The notes: generated from the letters alone by a model not told the origin. A DNA stretch of 64,000 bases from an uncultured Candidatus Saccharibacteria bacterium (GCA_964468795.1 CAYXWL010000002.1:5459-69458); one strand, 5' to 3'; positions 9,051 through 19,111 are shown, counted from the stretch's first letter. Made by a program: numbers and translations.

Positions 9051-10256
9051 TTATTCTATGAAAGTATATGCTTTTCCTTTCTTGCCAGCTCGCCCTGTTC
9101 TGCCGATTCGATGGACATAGTCTTCATACGTTGCAGGAATATCAAAGTTTATAACATGAGAAACTCCGCTAATATCTAGCCCCCTTGCGGCAACATCTGT
9201 AGCAACAAGAACCTGTGCATCATCGTTCTTAAAATTCTTCAATGCTCTTTGCCTTGCTGACTGATTTTTATCACCATGAATTGACTCGGCCCTGAGACCT
9301 CTCTCATTTAAGACTTTAGTTAGCCTCTCAACACCGTGCTTTGTTTTGCCAAAAACCAAAACTTTCACAAAATCCGGCTTCATAAGCATAGAGTGCAAAA
9401 TATCCAGCTTATTCTCTCCTTGGGAAACCCTGACCACATCCTGATCAACATTTTTAGAAGTATCAGATGTCTTTACAGAAATAGAGACAGGATTTTTTAG
9501 AAAATCATTGATGAGTAGCTTTATTTCTGGGGAAAGAGTGGCTGAGAAAAATAGCGTATGCCTATCTTTCGGCATAAGATTCATCATGAATCTCATATCA
9601 TTTATAAAACCCATATCTAGCATCCTGTCTGCCTCGTCTAAGACAACAGTTTTGAAATAAGATAGATTGAGGACTTTTCGCTCGATTAAATCTTTTATTC
9701 TTCCAGGTGTACCGATGACGAACTCATTTCGATACCTCAAATTTCTTATTTGGGCACCTATAGATGCGCCACCTACGCAAACTGTTGAATACAATTTCAT
9801 TCCTCGGATAAAACCGTTGAGCTCATCCTGAATCTGAATTGCAAGCTCTCTTGTAGGACATACGATAAGAATATTTTCTTTTGGATTTGAAAGGACTTTG
9901 TGAATTAGCGGAATTAAAAATGCAGCTGTCTTACCTGTACCCGTATTAGCAATTCCGACAATATCTTCACCTCTTAGAATGTGCGGGATTGATTTGTCCT
10001 GAATAGGAGTTGGAAGCTTGTATCCTTTGCTTAAAATATTTTCCTTTAATCTCTGATCAATGGCAAAATCCGCAAACTTGTGCTCAGGCACAAAATGCTC
10101 GACTGTTTCCGTGATTTCGGCACGATTAATAAACCTGCTTGGGTTTATATACTGGCCGGCTCCTTTTTTGGAGCCTCTTGTTGTTCTATTTCTAAAACCT
10201 GATCTTCCAAAAGACCTTGAACTCGTTCGCGAATGCGAACCTCTGCTTGTATGCAT
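9051..10256 (-). CDS. DEAD-box RNA helicase
   Basis: PTPIQ, GTGKT, PTRELA, DEAD, SAT, HRIGRTGRAG. Confidence 0.96.
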   Translation of the reverse strand: MHTSRGSHSRTSSRSFGRSGFRNRTTRGSKKGAGQYINPSRFINRAEITETVEHFVPEHKFADFAIDQRLKENILSKGYKLPTPIQDKSIPHILRGEDIVGIANTGTGKTAAFLIPLIHKVLSNPKENILIVCPTRELAIQIQDELNGFIRGMKLYSTVCVGGASIGAQIRNLRYRNEFVIGTPGRIKDLIERKVLNLSYFKTVVLDEADRMLDMGFINDMRFMMNLMPKDRHTLFFSATLSPEIKLLINDFLKNPVSISVKTSDTSKNVDQDVVRVSQGENKLDILHSMLMKPDFVKVLVFGKTKHGVERLTKVLNERGLRAESIHGDKNQSARQRALKNFKNDDAQVLVATDVAARGLDISGVSHVINFDIPATYEDYVHRIGRTGRAGKKGKAYTFIE

Positions 10257-10421
10257 ATTTTTATTATATTGAGATCTGTTAGCGTCTTTATTAAAACGAA
10301 AGCTCTGTCTCGTAAGTTTTCATAGCGGCAGCGCCCCTAACAGTCGAGAATGATCTCAAAACCGAAACTAGTGAGAATGACTCAATAAATATAGTATATA
10401 GTATCATTTTCCCATTGTCAA
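10257..10421 (-). promoter_or_regulatory. Promoter and ~130-nt structured 5' leader of the DEAD-box helicase
   Basis: TTGACA-17-TATACT (10421-10393); long-range stems ttgagat/atctcaa and ctgttag/ctaacag. Confidence 0.6.
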
Positions 10422-10430
10422 TTATGTATA

Positions 10431-10460
10431 TTGACACATAGGCATAATGTATGCTATAAT
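10431..10460 (+). promoter_or_regulatory. sigma70-type promoter
   Basis: TTGACA-18nt-TATAAT. Confidence 0.7.
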
Positions 10461-10555
10461 ATTACAAATGTCAGTACACCACAACCCGGGAAGTCTCACC
10501 CACTTTCAGAGCCCGCAGACGCATCACGCGCTTGCCGGCTTTTTATATATTGCAA

Positions 10556-10596
10556 AATAAAATATCCCAACCAGTTTATGATTGGGATATTTTATT
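10556..10596. terminator. Bidirectional terminator-like hairpin
   Basis: aataaaatatcccaa...ttgggatattttatt. Confidence 0.65.
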
Positions 10597-10620
10597 GGAA
10601 CTATCGCCTTTCACAAATGC

Positions 10621-11148
10621 CTACCGAAACATTGCCCAAGAATGCTTTGCTCGGGATACATATCTGTCTAGTCCAATGTGTCCAGAAACTTTGTGCGCCA
10701 TCATAATTCCGATTGCCAAAAGCAGAAGAATTGGATTTGAACTCACTGTTCCCGAAAGCAAGTAATTTGTGTTCATTAGTGCTCCGAAAAATGCAGCTGT
10801 TACTGTAAATACTCCAAAGATAAGTCCAAGACCTACAAGCATTTCTCCATAAGTGATTGCATATGACCATGCATTAGCGTATGGAGCTACGCTGTGCTGC
10901 AAGAACCATGCATACCATGTTGTAACATCTGGATGCATACCTGTTGTTTTTGCCAACGCTCCATTAACAAATCCTGAAATCGCTACTCCGGATTTTGCAC
11001 CAACCCATACTCCTGCCGGATTTACGAGCTTCTCATATCCAGCATATAGCCACTCCCAGCCTACATAGAGCCTTACTAAAAACCAAAACCACGACATCCT
11101 AATATCTTCAAAAAAAATCCCATACAAACCACTTAAAATTTTTCGCAT
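10621..11148 (-). CDS. DoxX family membrane protein
   Basis: RLYVGWEWLYAG, GEMLVGLGLIFG, NP and GLD motifs. Confidence 0.88.
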   Translation of the reverse strand: MRKILSGLYGIFFEDIRMSWFWFLVRLYVGWEWLYAGYEKLVNPAGVWVGAKSGVAISGFVNGALAKTTGMHPDVTTWYAWFLQHSVAPYANAWSYAITYGEMLVGLGLIFGVFTVTAAFFGALMNTNYLLSGTVSSNPILLLLAIGIMMAHKVSGHIGLDRYVSRAKHSWAMFR

Positions 11149-11230
11149 AAATTTTTTATTAAGCAGACTAATACAATATTAATTGTACCTCAATAAAAAT
11201 ATGCCGTAATGAGTAAAATCAGAAAACTGT

Positions 11231-12265
11231 TTATATCTTTGACTTGTCGTTCAAAATGAGATCTTGGTATATGTCTATTAGAGAAAAAAGCAGAGCCACA
11301 CTAACTGGTCCGAATATGAATCCCACTGGTCCAAAGAAAGCTATTCCGCCAAGGACCGCAAACAGCATGACAAGCTGATGTATTTCAGTGCCTTTTGAAT
11401 ACAGGTACGGAGCCAAAAAATTATCAATGCTGGATACCAGCAGCCCCCACCACGCCAGAAGGCCGATAGCCGAAGCAGTATCGCCTATGACATACATATA
11501 GGAAATTATAGGTATGAATACCAATGCTGTTCCAAAAGCAGGAACAAGCGAGGCAATAGCAGAAATAGCGCCCCACAAAGTCGGGTTTGGAACTCCAAAA
11601 ATCTTGAGACCGACCCCAGCCAAGAGTCCTTGGATAAGGGCAATAAGCAGAACGCCTTTTACTGTAGAGATAATGGACTGCTTCAGCTTTAGAATAATCA
11701 TCTCATCATACCTGTCCTTTAAAGGACTGAGATTTATTAAAATTTTCTTGAATTTTTCTCCATCTCGCAAGAAAAAGAAAAGAGAAAAGAATATGAAAAC
11801 TATGCTGGCCAATGTATCAAGCACTTGTCCCAATATTGTGGTTAAGTGATTAACAATATAGCCAGATGCCAACCTCAAGTACGAGCCGACATCAAGGTTA
11901 AAAAATGGATAATACTTTTGAATAGGCAGTTCTATCGCCGAAGTAATCCTCTGCAAGTAGTCTATCTCGCTCTGATTTGAAAACTTCCTGAACAAGTTTC
12001 CGGCTTCGTTAAATAATCCGGCCGAGAGCAGAAGGGTTGGCACTATTATCGTAAATATAAATATCATTACCACCAAAAAGGCAGCCCAGCCCTCTCTTCC
12101 TCCTAAGCGCCTTACCACATTTTTATATAATGGGTTTAGGACTACAGCTAGAATGCCTGCGAGTGCGATTACTTTCACAAAAGGCAGGAAAATAAAGAAA
12201 ATAAGCGTTGAAACAGCAAGCAGAAAACCTATGAAAAAATACCTCTGAATAGCGTCTCTTTCCAT
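11231..12265 (-). CDS. AI-2E family transporter
   Basis: Hydrophobic; FFFLRDG, DNFLAP and GGIAFFGPVGFIFGP. Confidence 0.9.
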   Translation of the reverse strand: MERDAIQRYFFIGFLLAVSTLIFFIFLPFVKVIALAGILAVVLNPLYKNVVRRLGGREGWAAFLVVMIFIFTIIVPTLLLSAGLFNEAGNLFRKFSNQSEIDYLQRITSAIELPIQKYYPFFNLDVGSYLRLASGYIVNHLTTILGQVLDTLASIVFIFFSLFFFLRDGEKFKKILINLSPLKDRYDEMIILKLKQSIISTVKGVLLIALIQGLLAGVGLKIFGVPNPTLWGAISAIASLVPAFGTALVFIPIISYMYVIGDTASAIGLLAWWGLLVSSIDNFLAPYLYSKGTEIHQLVMLFAVLGGIAFFGPVGFIFGPVSVALLFSLIDIYQDLILNDKSKI

Positions 12266-12277
12266 GACATAATTGTA

Positions 12278-12673
12278 CTACTTTGCTTCTTCCAAATCCA
12301 AGCAGACAGAATTCAGGCAATATCGCATTTTTGTTTCTGTCGGTCCATCATTAAACACATGACCCAAATGCGAACCGCATTTACTGCATACTACTTCTAC
12401 CCTATGCATGCCGTGAGAATAATCTCGAACTTCAACAACACTTCCGGGTATTGCCTTGTCGAAAGACGGCCATCCTGTCCCAGAATCAAACTTTGCTTCA
12501 GAAGAAAACAAATCTTGCCCGCAAACTTTGCATTTATATACGCCCGTTCTGTCATCATGCAATAGCTTGCCGGAAAAAGGCGCCTCTGTGCCTTTTTCAC
12601 GCAAAACTGAATACTCTTCGGCTGTCAGTTTTTTCTTCAGCTCATCTTCGCTATATTTTATTTTTGGTTCCAT
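12278..12673 (-). CDS. msrB: Methionine-R-sulfoxide reductase
   Basis: GTEAPF, DSGTGWPSF, HLGHVF, RYCLNS. Confidence 0.96.
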   Translation of the reverse strand: MEPKIKYSEDELKKKLTAEEYSVLREKGTEAPFSGKLLHDDRTGVYKCKVCGQDLFSSEAKFDSGTGWPSFDKAIPGSVVEVRDYSHGMHRVEVVCSKCGSHLGHVFNDGPTETKMRYCLNSVCLDLEEAK

Positions 12674-12674
12674 A

Positions 12675-13232
12675 TTATTTTTTTGGATGATTTGCTAATA
12701 GATCTGCAAACTCTTTTTGAACTTTTTCTAGTTTAGGGTTTATGACAATTTGGCAATAAGGAGCTTCCCTGTTTCTCTCATAATATTCCTTGTGATAGTT
12801 CTCTGCAGGGTAAAACTCTTTTAAAGGCACAACCTCAGTTACTATTTTTCTACCATCGCTACTTTCATTATTCAGATCAGAGATGAATTTTTCAGAAATT
12901 TCTTTCTGCTCTGAAGTAGAATAGAAAATTATTGAACGGTACTGAGTGCCGACATCAGCTCCTTGCCTGTTTAATGTCGTAGGATCATGAGATCCAAAGA
13001 AAACCAGAAGCAAATCCCTAAAAGAGATCTGCTTTGGATCGAAATCAATTTTTATGCATTCCGCATGTCCTGTAGCTCCAGATGAAACCTCCTCATATGT
13101 TGGATTAGGAATACTTCCTCCGGAGTATCCTGGCTCTACAGAATAAACACCTCTTAGTATGTTGAAAACAGCCTCTGTGCACCAAAAGCACCCTCCTCCG
13201 AATACTACTATCTCGTGGCCGTTTTCTTCCAT
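12675..13232 (-). CDS. msrA: Methionine-S-sulfoxide reductase
   Basis: GCFWC, HDPT, GTQYRS, AENYH. Confidence 0.96.
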   Translation of the reverse strand: MEENGHEIVVFGGGCFWCTEAVFNILRGVYSVEPGYSGGSIPNPTYEEVSSGATGHAECIKIDFDPKQISFRDLLLVFFGSHDPTTLNRQGADVGTQYRSIIFYSTSEQKEISEKFISDLNNESSDGRKIVTEVVPLKEFYPAENYHKEYYERNREAPYCQIVINPKLEKVQKEFADLLANHPKK

Positions 13233-13245
13233 AATTAACTCTTTG

Positions 13246-14370
13246 CTATTTCTTTATAACTCCAATCTTGTATGACTGTAAAATCCTGGTCGGATTGCTT
13301 TGTCCGCCATACTGATCGTTGAAAGCTGATGTTGCATCAACTCCGCACATAGACTTGATAGCTCCCTCTCCTCCAGGGTGCTTGCTTATCCACTTGGTTA
13401 AATCGTAAACTGAACCGCTTACAACTGAGTAACAGTTTGTTGTTAAATTGTGCTTTGATACTTCAGCCATTGTAAATGTCTGAGATGTAGTTGTGGCAGG
13501 CGCAACAGTAGCTGACGCTGAAGCTCCGACGGATAGCGTGGCCATTGGTGCTTCATCTCCTTCGTCTCCTTCATCATCATCATTCTCTTTCTCACCATAC
13601 GCATGATCATCCTGGCCCTCATTGTCCTTTCTTATTGTTGCAAAAGTTTTTGCCCTCGCGTTCTCACTGCCAGCAATTGCCAAGCCACCATTATCTTCCC
13701 CTTCTTCTTTATCGCCTTTTGCAAGCCTTACGACATCCAAAACGCCGATAGTAGTTGAAGATTTTGACGAATAGCCAGCTAGAATTTTTTCGTGATCATC
13801 CATCTCCTTTTTAAACTTTATCTTGACTTCGTCTGCTGTCTTGGTGTCGCCCTTGCTCTCTATTTTTGAAACTTGAGAATTGAAAGATTCTACTTCTTTA
13901 GAAAAATTAGTCTTGATTTCGCTATCTTGTTCTGCGGTGAGCTTTCCGCTTAGAGCCAAAGTCTCTGCCTCTGTCAGCCTCCTTACTGCCTGATTTAAAT
14001 CCACCATAGCGCTATCTTTCTCATTAAAAGCCAGCACTGATTGCATCTTTTCGTTTACATTCAGCTTAACTGGATAAAGTGCGTCACCTGGAAGAGACTT
14101 TTCAGCTAGGTAGCTTGTTCCTCCTCCAACAACAACCAAAAGCAAAAGTGCTGGAACTGCGATCTTGTATATAAATGATGACCATGCAAATGAGCTGGAT
14201 GTAGGAATATTGGTGCCAAAATTATTTTCCATATTATTTATTGATTTTATGCTTATTAAATTTGAAGATGCAAAATCAGCCACCCTGCCTCTGATGGCAT
14301 TTTTTTCCTCTGATGTCAGAGAAATTTTTTTTAGCTCTTCGATTGTTTTATCGCTATTATTCATATTCAT
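13246..14370 (-). CDS. Putative anti-sigma factor: TM + DUF5667-like domain + acidic linker + cytochrome b5-like domain
   Basis: SLPGDALYPVK; C-terminal VYDLTKWISKHPGG...GVDATSAF; overlaps the ECF sigma gene. Confidence 0.75.
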   Translation of the reverse strand: MNMNNSDKTIEELKKISLTSEEKNAIRGRVADFASSNLISIKSINNMENNFGTNIPTSSSFAWSSFIYKIAVPALLLLVVVGGGTSYLAEKSLPGDALYPVKLNVNEKMQSVLAFNEKDSAMVDLNQAVRRLTEAETLALSGKLTAEQDSEIKTNFSKEVESFNSQVSKIESKGDTKTADEVKIKFKKEMDDHEKILAGYSSKSSTTIGVLDVVRLAKGDKEEGEDNGGLAIAGSENARAKTFATIRKDNEGQDDHAYGEKENDDDEGDEGDEAPMATLSVGASASATVAPATTTSQTFTMAEVSKHNLTTNCYSVVSGSVYDLTKWISKHPGGEGAIKSMCGVDATSAFNDQYGGQSNPTRILQSYKIGVIKK

Positions 14371-14857
14371 TGAATAATTCTTTTAACTTCTTAATCCCGC
14401 GATGCACGTGAACTGAAACCGTGTTTTCGCTTTCCCCAGTAATCTCGGCAATTTCAGATATATCCAGCTCATTTATATATCTCATCACCAAAGCAGATTT
14501 ATAGGGCTCGTCAATTTCATTTAAAAGAAGAATTGCCCTTTCGGCATCAAAACGCCTCTCTGCACTAGTAGGATCATCCGCTTTTGGATCAAAACCAGCT
14601 TCATGCATCTCATCGAGAGAAGTTTCCTTCTTCTTTCTGTACTCGTCGATTATTAAGTTGTTCAAAGTCCGATACAAAAAAGCCTTGAGGTTATTTATCT
14701 CATTGCCCTGAGCCATGTAGCCCCAAGTTTTTGTAAATGTATCCTGAAGAATATCCCTTGCCCTTTCCCTATCGTTTATTTTGAAATAGCAGTGCCTAAA
14801 TAAGGCATCTGCATGCTCATCGTAAGCTCTAAGAAAAGTTTGTGTCATATCCTCCAT
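14357..14857 (-). CDS. ECF RNA polymerase sigma factor
   Basis: DILQDTF, NLIIDEYRK, EIAEITG...HRG. Confidence 0.92.
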   Translation of the reverse strand: MEDMTQTFLRAYDEHADALFRHCYFKINDRERARDILQDTFTKTWGYMAQGNEINNLKAFLYRTLNNLIIDEYRKKKETSLDEMHEAGFDPKADDPTSAERRFDAERAILLLNEIDEPYKSALVMRYINELDISEIAEITGESENTVSVHVHRGIKKLKELFNEYE

Positions 14858-14864
14858 ATGTAAA

Positions 14865-14890
14865 GACGAGTATAGATATAGCTTATTACA
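14865..14890 (-). promoter_or_regulatory. Putative ECF (autoregulatory) promoter
   Basis: TGTAAT-16nt-CGTC just upstream of the sigma gene, similar to B. subtilis SigX/SigM/SigW consensus. Confidence 0.6.
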
Positions 14891-14951
14891 GTAGCCTTAT
14901 TGCATTATACAACAAAAAGTTCCATAAAATGAAACTCTAAAATCCGGCCTT

Positions 14952-16481
14952 TTAGACAAATCCAGGAAAGAAATCTATCTTAATCTGATTTCTAGGCACT
15001 CCCATCTTTTTGAGCTGATCTTCAAATGCAGTAACCATGCCGTGAGTCCCAGAAATATAGAACATTCTTTCCTTGTAATCTGGAACTTCATTCATTATCA
15101 TTTCTGAATTTATCATGCCCACCTTTGCTAATGGAAGCTGATTTTGATCAGTGGCATCATTCACTACATATACAGTTTTCATGCCAAAAGATCTTTCCGC
15201 TTCGTCAAAATATTCTTTGTAGACAACATCATGAACAGTCTTATTGGAAAAGAATAATGTGACTTCTCTTTTTTCTTGATTGTCAATCATGCTTTTTACC
15301 ATCGCTCTAAAAGGTGTGATGCCGATACCGCCCGCGATGAAAACCAATTTTTTTGAAGTATCTTGAGGAAGTGTAAAATCTCCGGCAAGTTGTGATGCGA
15401 TGATTTGGCTTCCAGGCTGAAGCGAGACTAGCTTATTTTTAAACGAGCTTGAATTTGGATAAAACTTTACGCCAAGCCTAACCCCTTCCTCTGTTGGAGA
15501 AGATGCGATAGTAAAATATCTTCTATTTCCTCTCAGATCAGGCTTGTCGTGGCCCAATGTCCACTCCAAATACTGGCCAGCTTTAAATTGAAGTCTGTTG
15601 CTATCAGAATTCAATATTTTCCAGACAAATTCGTACACATCTGCTGACAGCTTATTTTTTTCTTTTAGCTCAAGAAGGAGTCGCGCCCTAGGACTAGCTA
15701 AATAAGAGTACATATTGGCAATAAAAAGAGCCAATGCAGGAGAAGATGACAGAGGCCCTATACTAAAAACTAAGCTATAAAATAATCCTGAAAGTGAGCC
15801 GTAAATTATTTGCCGATTTCTTTGAGGCGGAGTGGTAAGAGGTTCAGTTAGTATTATTGTTCCGAAAAAGACCAGCGGGCCTGATACGAAAAGCTGATTT
15901 AAAGCTTCAATGGCAGATCCTCCGGACTTTGTTGCGGAAATAAGAGCTACAACTGTTGCAACTCCAGCAAAAATTCCAAACATCTGGAACCTTTTTACTT
16001 TCCTTAAAACTAGGAAGCCTAAAATTGAAACCGGCAGAAGCATAGCCATACTTCCCACCCACCATCCTGCCAAACCGCTCCCAAAGAGACTTAAGATTAC
16101 CAAGGTTATGGCCACAGGATTAAAAATGTGCTTCTTATTTATGGCAAAAATATATTTTGAGCCCATGGCTATGACTCCTGCCAGCAAAAAAATATTCAAA
16201 TCGTAAAATGAACTTATCGGTATCAAAGTAAAATAGAGAATGAGAGCAGTTATGAAAGAAGACTCCACGTTTGTCTGCACTTTAAATACCAGAGAAAAAA
16301 TCCAATTTGATACGTAGCACACAGATATAAGCACAAAGTAAGACAAAAGCATGGCGTAAGGAGAATAGTCCAAAATGCCTGTAAAACCTCCTATTAAAGA
16401 CAGCAAGAAAAGGATGGACAAGCCAAACAAGACAAGCTTGTACATTGTTATGCCATTCAAAAAATTATCAATATATTTCAT
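14952..16481 (-). CDS. RnfD/NqrB-like membrane domain fused to ferredoxin-NAD(P)+ reductase domain
   Basis: KHIFNP and TEPLTTP; C-terminal RYFTIAS, AGGIGITPF. Confidence 0.88.
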   Translation of the reverse strand: MKYIDNFLNGITMYKLVLFGLSILFLLSLIGGFTGILDYSPYAMLLSYFVLISVCYVSNWIFSLVFKVQTNVESSFITALILYFTLIPISSFYDLNIFLLAGVIAMGSKYIFAINKKHIFNPVAITLVILSLFGSGLAGWWVGSMAMLLPVSILGFLVLRKVKRFQMFGIFAGVATVVALISATKSGGSAIEALNQLFVSGPLVFFGTIILTEPLTTPPQRNRQIIYGSLSGLFYSLVFSIGPLSSSPALALFIANMYSYLASPRARLLLELKEKNKLSADVYEFVWKILNSDSNRLQFKAGQYLEWTLGHDKPDLRGNRRYFTIASSPTEEGVRLGVKFYPNSSSFKNKLVSLQPGSQIIASQLAGDFTLPQDTSKKLVFIAGGIGITPFRAMVKSMIDNQEKREVTLFFSNKTVHDVVYKEYFDEAERSFGMKTVYVVNDATDQNQLPLAKVGMINSEMIMNEVPDYKERMFYISGTHGMVTAFEDQLKKMGVPRNQIKIDFFPGFV

Positions 16482-16497
16482 ACAGATATAATACCAC

Positions 16498-17370
16498 CTA
16501 TCCTAAAAATAATTCAGCATTGAATCCATCAGATTTTTCTACCGAGTGATCGTCTTTCAATATAAGATACTCAAATTTAAAATAATCCTTCAATTTATCA
16601 GCGCTAACAAAATACAAACCCGTTGCCACCAAATCAGCCACAAGCGTGGTTTCTGCCAAAGTCCATACTGCAGTAATTCCTTCTGGAGATGACAATTTTT
16701 TCGGATCAATAACATGATGAAATCTCCCCCATTTTCGCCTATTTCCGGAAGATCCGCACAAACTCATATTTAGCAAAGGCACAACGCCTATCGCCTCGCT
16801 CATGTCTTCAGGATTTTCTAGCCCGACTCTAAGTGAATCCTTGGTGGCGTTTCTCTGGCGCATATCTCCGCCTGCATCAACGCAGTATGATGAGACTTGA
16901 TGAACTTCAAGTTTTTCAGAGACAATATCTACCAAGTAACCCTTTCCGCCTGCGCCAAAATCAAGCAGTGACGGCTTGATAATGCACAGAGTCGGAGCAA
17001 GCCAATTCATCGCCTCCTCCCAAGGCAAAGGAGAAACCATTTCATTTTCAACAAAAGAATATTCTGGATCATAGCCTGCCTGAACCATTACCTTGCCGAT
17101 AAGAGGAGTGACGAGACCGCCTGTTGCATCATACATTTTCTTGTAAGTCTTAAGCATCAGATCTGCATCTTCTGGCAAAGTATACCTACCCGGGGTAATT
17201 GACATTTCTGTCACCAATGAGTCTTTTCTGAATCTAGAATAAGTTTTATCAAAATCATTAATCCTAGCTCTTATCTCTTCAAGCAAAACAACCTCCTTTT
17301 CTTTTGGGAGGTTGTCTAGAATATCTATTTGCCAAAAAGTTCCTATTGCTTCGAACTCGAACTTTATCAT
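16498..17370 (-). CDS. apbE: FAD:protein FMN transferase
   Basis: AIGT, SRFRKDS, DFGAGGKGY, DAGGD, HHVIDP. Confidence 0.9.
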   Translation of the reverse strand: MIKFEFEAIGTFWQIDILDNLPKEKEVVLLEEIRARINDFDKTYSRFRKDSLVTEMSITPGRYTLPEDADLMLKTYKKMYDATGGLVTPLIGKVMVQAGYDPEYSFVENEMVSPLPWEEAMNWLAPTLCIIKPSLLDFGAGGKGYLVDIVSEKLEVHQVSSYCVDAGGDMRQRNATKDSLRVGLENPEDMSEAIGVVPLLNMSLCGSSGNRRKWGRFHHVIDPKKLSSPEGITAVWTLAETTLVADLVATGLYFVSADKLKDYFKFEYLILKDDHSVEKSDGFNAELFLG

Positions 17371-17374
17371 GTTT

Positions 17375-17854
17375 TTATGCCTTAGCCTCAGTCTTTATCT
17401 TTAAAAGAGCATCCATGAAGCCCTTAGGTGTAAGAGATGACCCAGAGATCTTTGTCACGGATATATCGCTTATTTTTTTACCAACAACGTAAGATTTGTA
17501 TCCTGAAATAAACTTGTTTTGATAGTTCTTTGATTCAGGCTTTATTGCCGTATTGATTACAGTTGCGTCTGCAACAACATCATTCTTTATAACGAGCTTC
17601 ACAGACAAACTTTCCACACCGCTAGGCACCTGATAAGTTCCAGATGCTTCATAAGTTCCATCCTTATAAGAAAGAGGGTTGGCAGAAGTGTTATCGCTAG
17701 GATTTTGAGTTGCAGGTACTTCCACAGGGTTTTGCGGACTAGAGATTGCTTGCTGTTTCTGTGAGTACTTGAAGTAGCCGAAATATGCAACTACAAGCAC
17801 TAGCACGATTACTGATATTTTTATCGCAGGATTGCTCTTTTTTTGTTCATCCAT
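17375..17854 (-). CDS. Exported FMN-binding (flavinylated) protein
   Basis: YKDGTY...ISGSSLT flavinylation-type motif; adjacent to apbE. Confidence 0.85.
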   Translation of the reverse strand: MDEQKKSNPAIKISVIVLVLVVAYFGYFKYSQKQQAISSPQNPVEVPATQNPSDNTSANPLSYKDGTYEASGTYQVPSGVESLSVKLVIKNDVVADATVINTAIKPESKNYQNKFISGYKSYVVGKKISDISVTKISGSSLTPKGFMDALLKIKTEAKA

Positions 17855-17921
17855 CTATTTTGCCAAATAATGTTAATTTAAAAATTATAATACACAAACC
17901 TTAAATATAAAACCTCCCAAA

Positions 17922-18314
17922 CTATGGCTCCAGATATAACTTTCCGGCGTTTTTCCACATCCTTTTGTGCATACTTTTCCTGTTTTCAAATATTCTATGC
18001 ACGTCGTTTGGAGACAAACCATTTTCCTGTAGAATCTGCTTCATTGTCTTTCCCTGCTTAAGCTCGCTCTGTACTAGCTCAGGATCAAGGCCTAGTTGCA
18101 ATGCAATGGCTCCTGCCCTGCTTTGAGTATTCCATCTCCTCATCATATGCATACCGCTATCAGCAGTAGATTGAGTATATGCCGGAGCTTTATCTGAGTA
18201 AGTTTCTGCCAGAGCAGTATTGCCGGCACTCATAATAAGCATACCCGCTACTATACCCGAACTAGCTCCTGCTAAAATGGCCTTTTTGACCCTCTTATAT
18301 CTTTTATTTTTCAT
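17922..18314 (-). CDS. Hypothetical exported protein
   Basis: Signal peptide ending ALA; IALQLGL...GKTMKQIL pattern. Confidence 0.7.
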   Translation of the reverse strand: MKNKRYKRVKKAILAGASSGIVAGMLIMSAGNTALAETYSDKAPAYTQSTADSGMHMMRRWNTQSRAGAIALQLGLDPELVQSELKQGKTMKQILQENGLSPNDVHRIFENRKSMHKRMWKNAGKLYLEP

Positions 18315-18354
18315 TATGAATATTAAGGTTTGTAAATTTTCCTATATTCATAAC

Positions 18355-18380
18355 TACAACTGAAAATCTTTTTTATTTCA
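18355..18380 (-). promoter_or_regulatory. Putative ECF promoter
   Basis: TGAAAT-16nt-TGTA, similar to the SigW consensus TGAAAC-N16-CGTA. Confidence 0.5.
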
Positions 18381-18390
18381 TATAAAGAAA

Positions 18391-19110
18391 CTAGTAATTA
18401 TCCTCCAATCTGCCTACTCCATAAGCCCTTATTTCGCCATCTACAACTTCGCCCGCCACAAATACTTTTTCCCCAATCTGCAAAAAATCTGTAGTGCTTG
18501 CATGGCTCGGAAAGATAACTTTTATCGTCCTCCCTCCATCATCTTCTCTTAACGAGTTTAGCCTGATCTCAAATGTATTGCCGTAAAGCGAAGTTATTTG
18601 GCCCTGAAACACCCCTCCACGGCCGTTTGAGCGCCTAATGCCCTGATACATCGCGCCCATAAGAGGTAGCTTATCCTGCTCAGCTCTCTTCATCATTGAT
18701 GCATGGAAAGAATCAAAGTTAATCAATGTTGCAAGAGTTGAAATTAAAATGAGAGTGCCAAAAAACAAATAAATTACAGGACTATGATAAGCAAATTTGA
18801 ATTTCTTTAAAAGAGAATCGAATATTAAAAGAAAAAATAGGTCAATAAGCAAAATTAGCCAAGGAAAAACTATAAAGAAATGGTAAAGGCCCCTTCCACC
18901 AAAGCCCAATAGATAGTAATAGCCACCAGTTTTAACAGAAAAAAGTATATAACTGACAAGCAGAACAGATAATATGAACACAAAGAATGCGAATATTCCA
19001 AGAAGAGCTATTTGCAAGGCAAAGTAGAACTTCGGGCGCATTCTTATCTCGCCTGCCTCTATTTTGCTTAGCACTTTTTCTCTGATGTCTTGCATGGTTT
19101 CTTCTTTCAT
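18391..19110 (-). CDS. Putative membrane anti-sigma factor
   Basis: Three TM segments, immediately downstream of an ECF sigma. Confidence 0.65.
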   Translation of the reverse strand: MKEETMQDIREKVLSKIEAGEIRMRPKFYFALQIALLGIFAFFVFILSVLLVSYILFSVKTGGYYYLLGFGGRGLYHFFIVFPWLILLIDLFFLLIFDSLLKKFKFAYHSPVIYLFFGTLILISTLATLINFDSFHASMMKRAEQDKLPLMGAMYQGIRRSNGRGGVFQGQITSLYGNTFEIRLNSLREDDGGRTIKVIFPSHASTTDFLQIGEKVFVAGEVVDGEIRAYGVGRLEDNY

Positions 19111-19111
19111 T

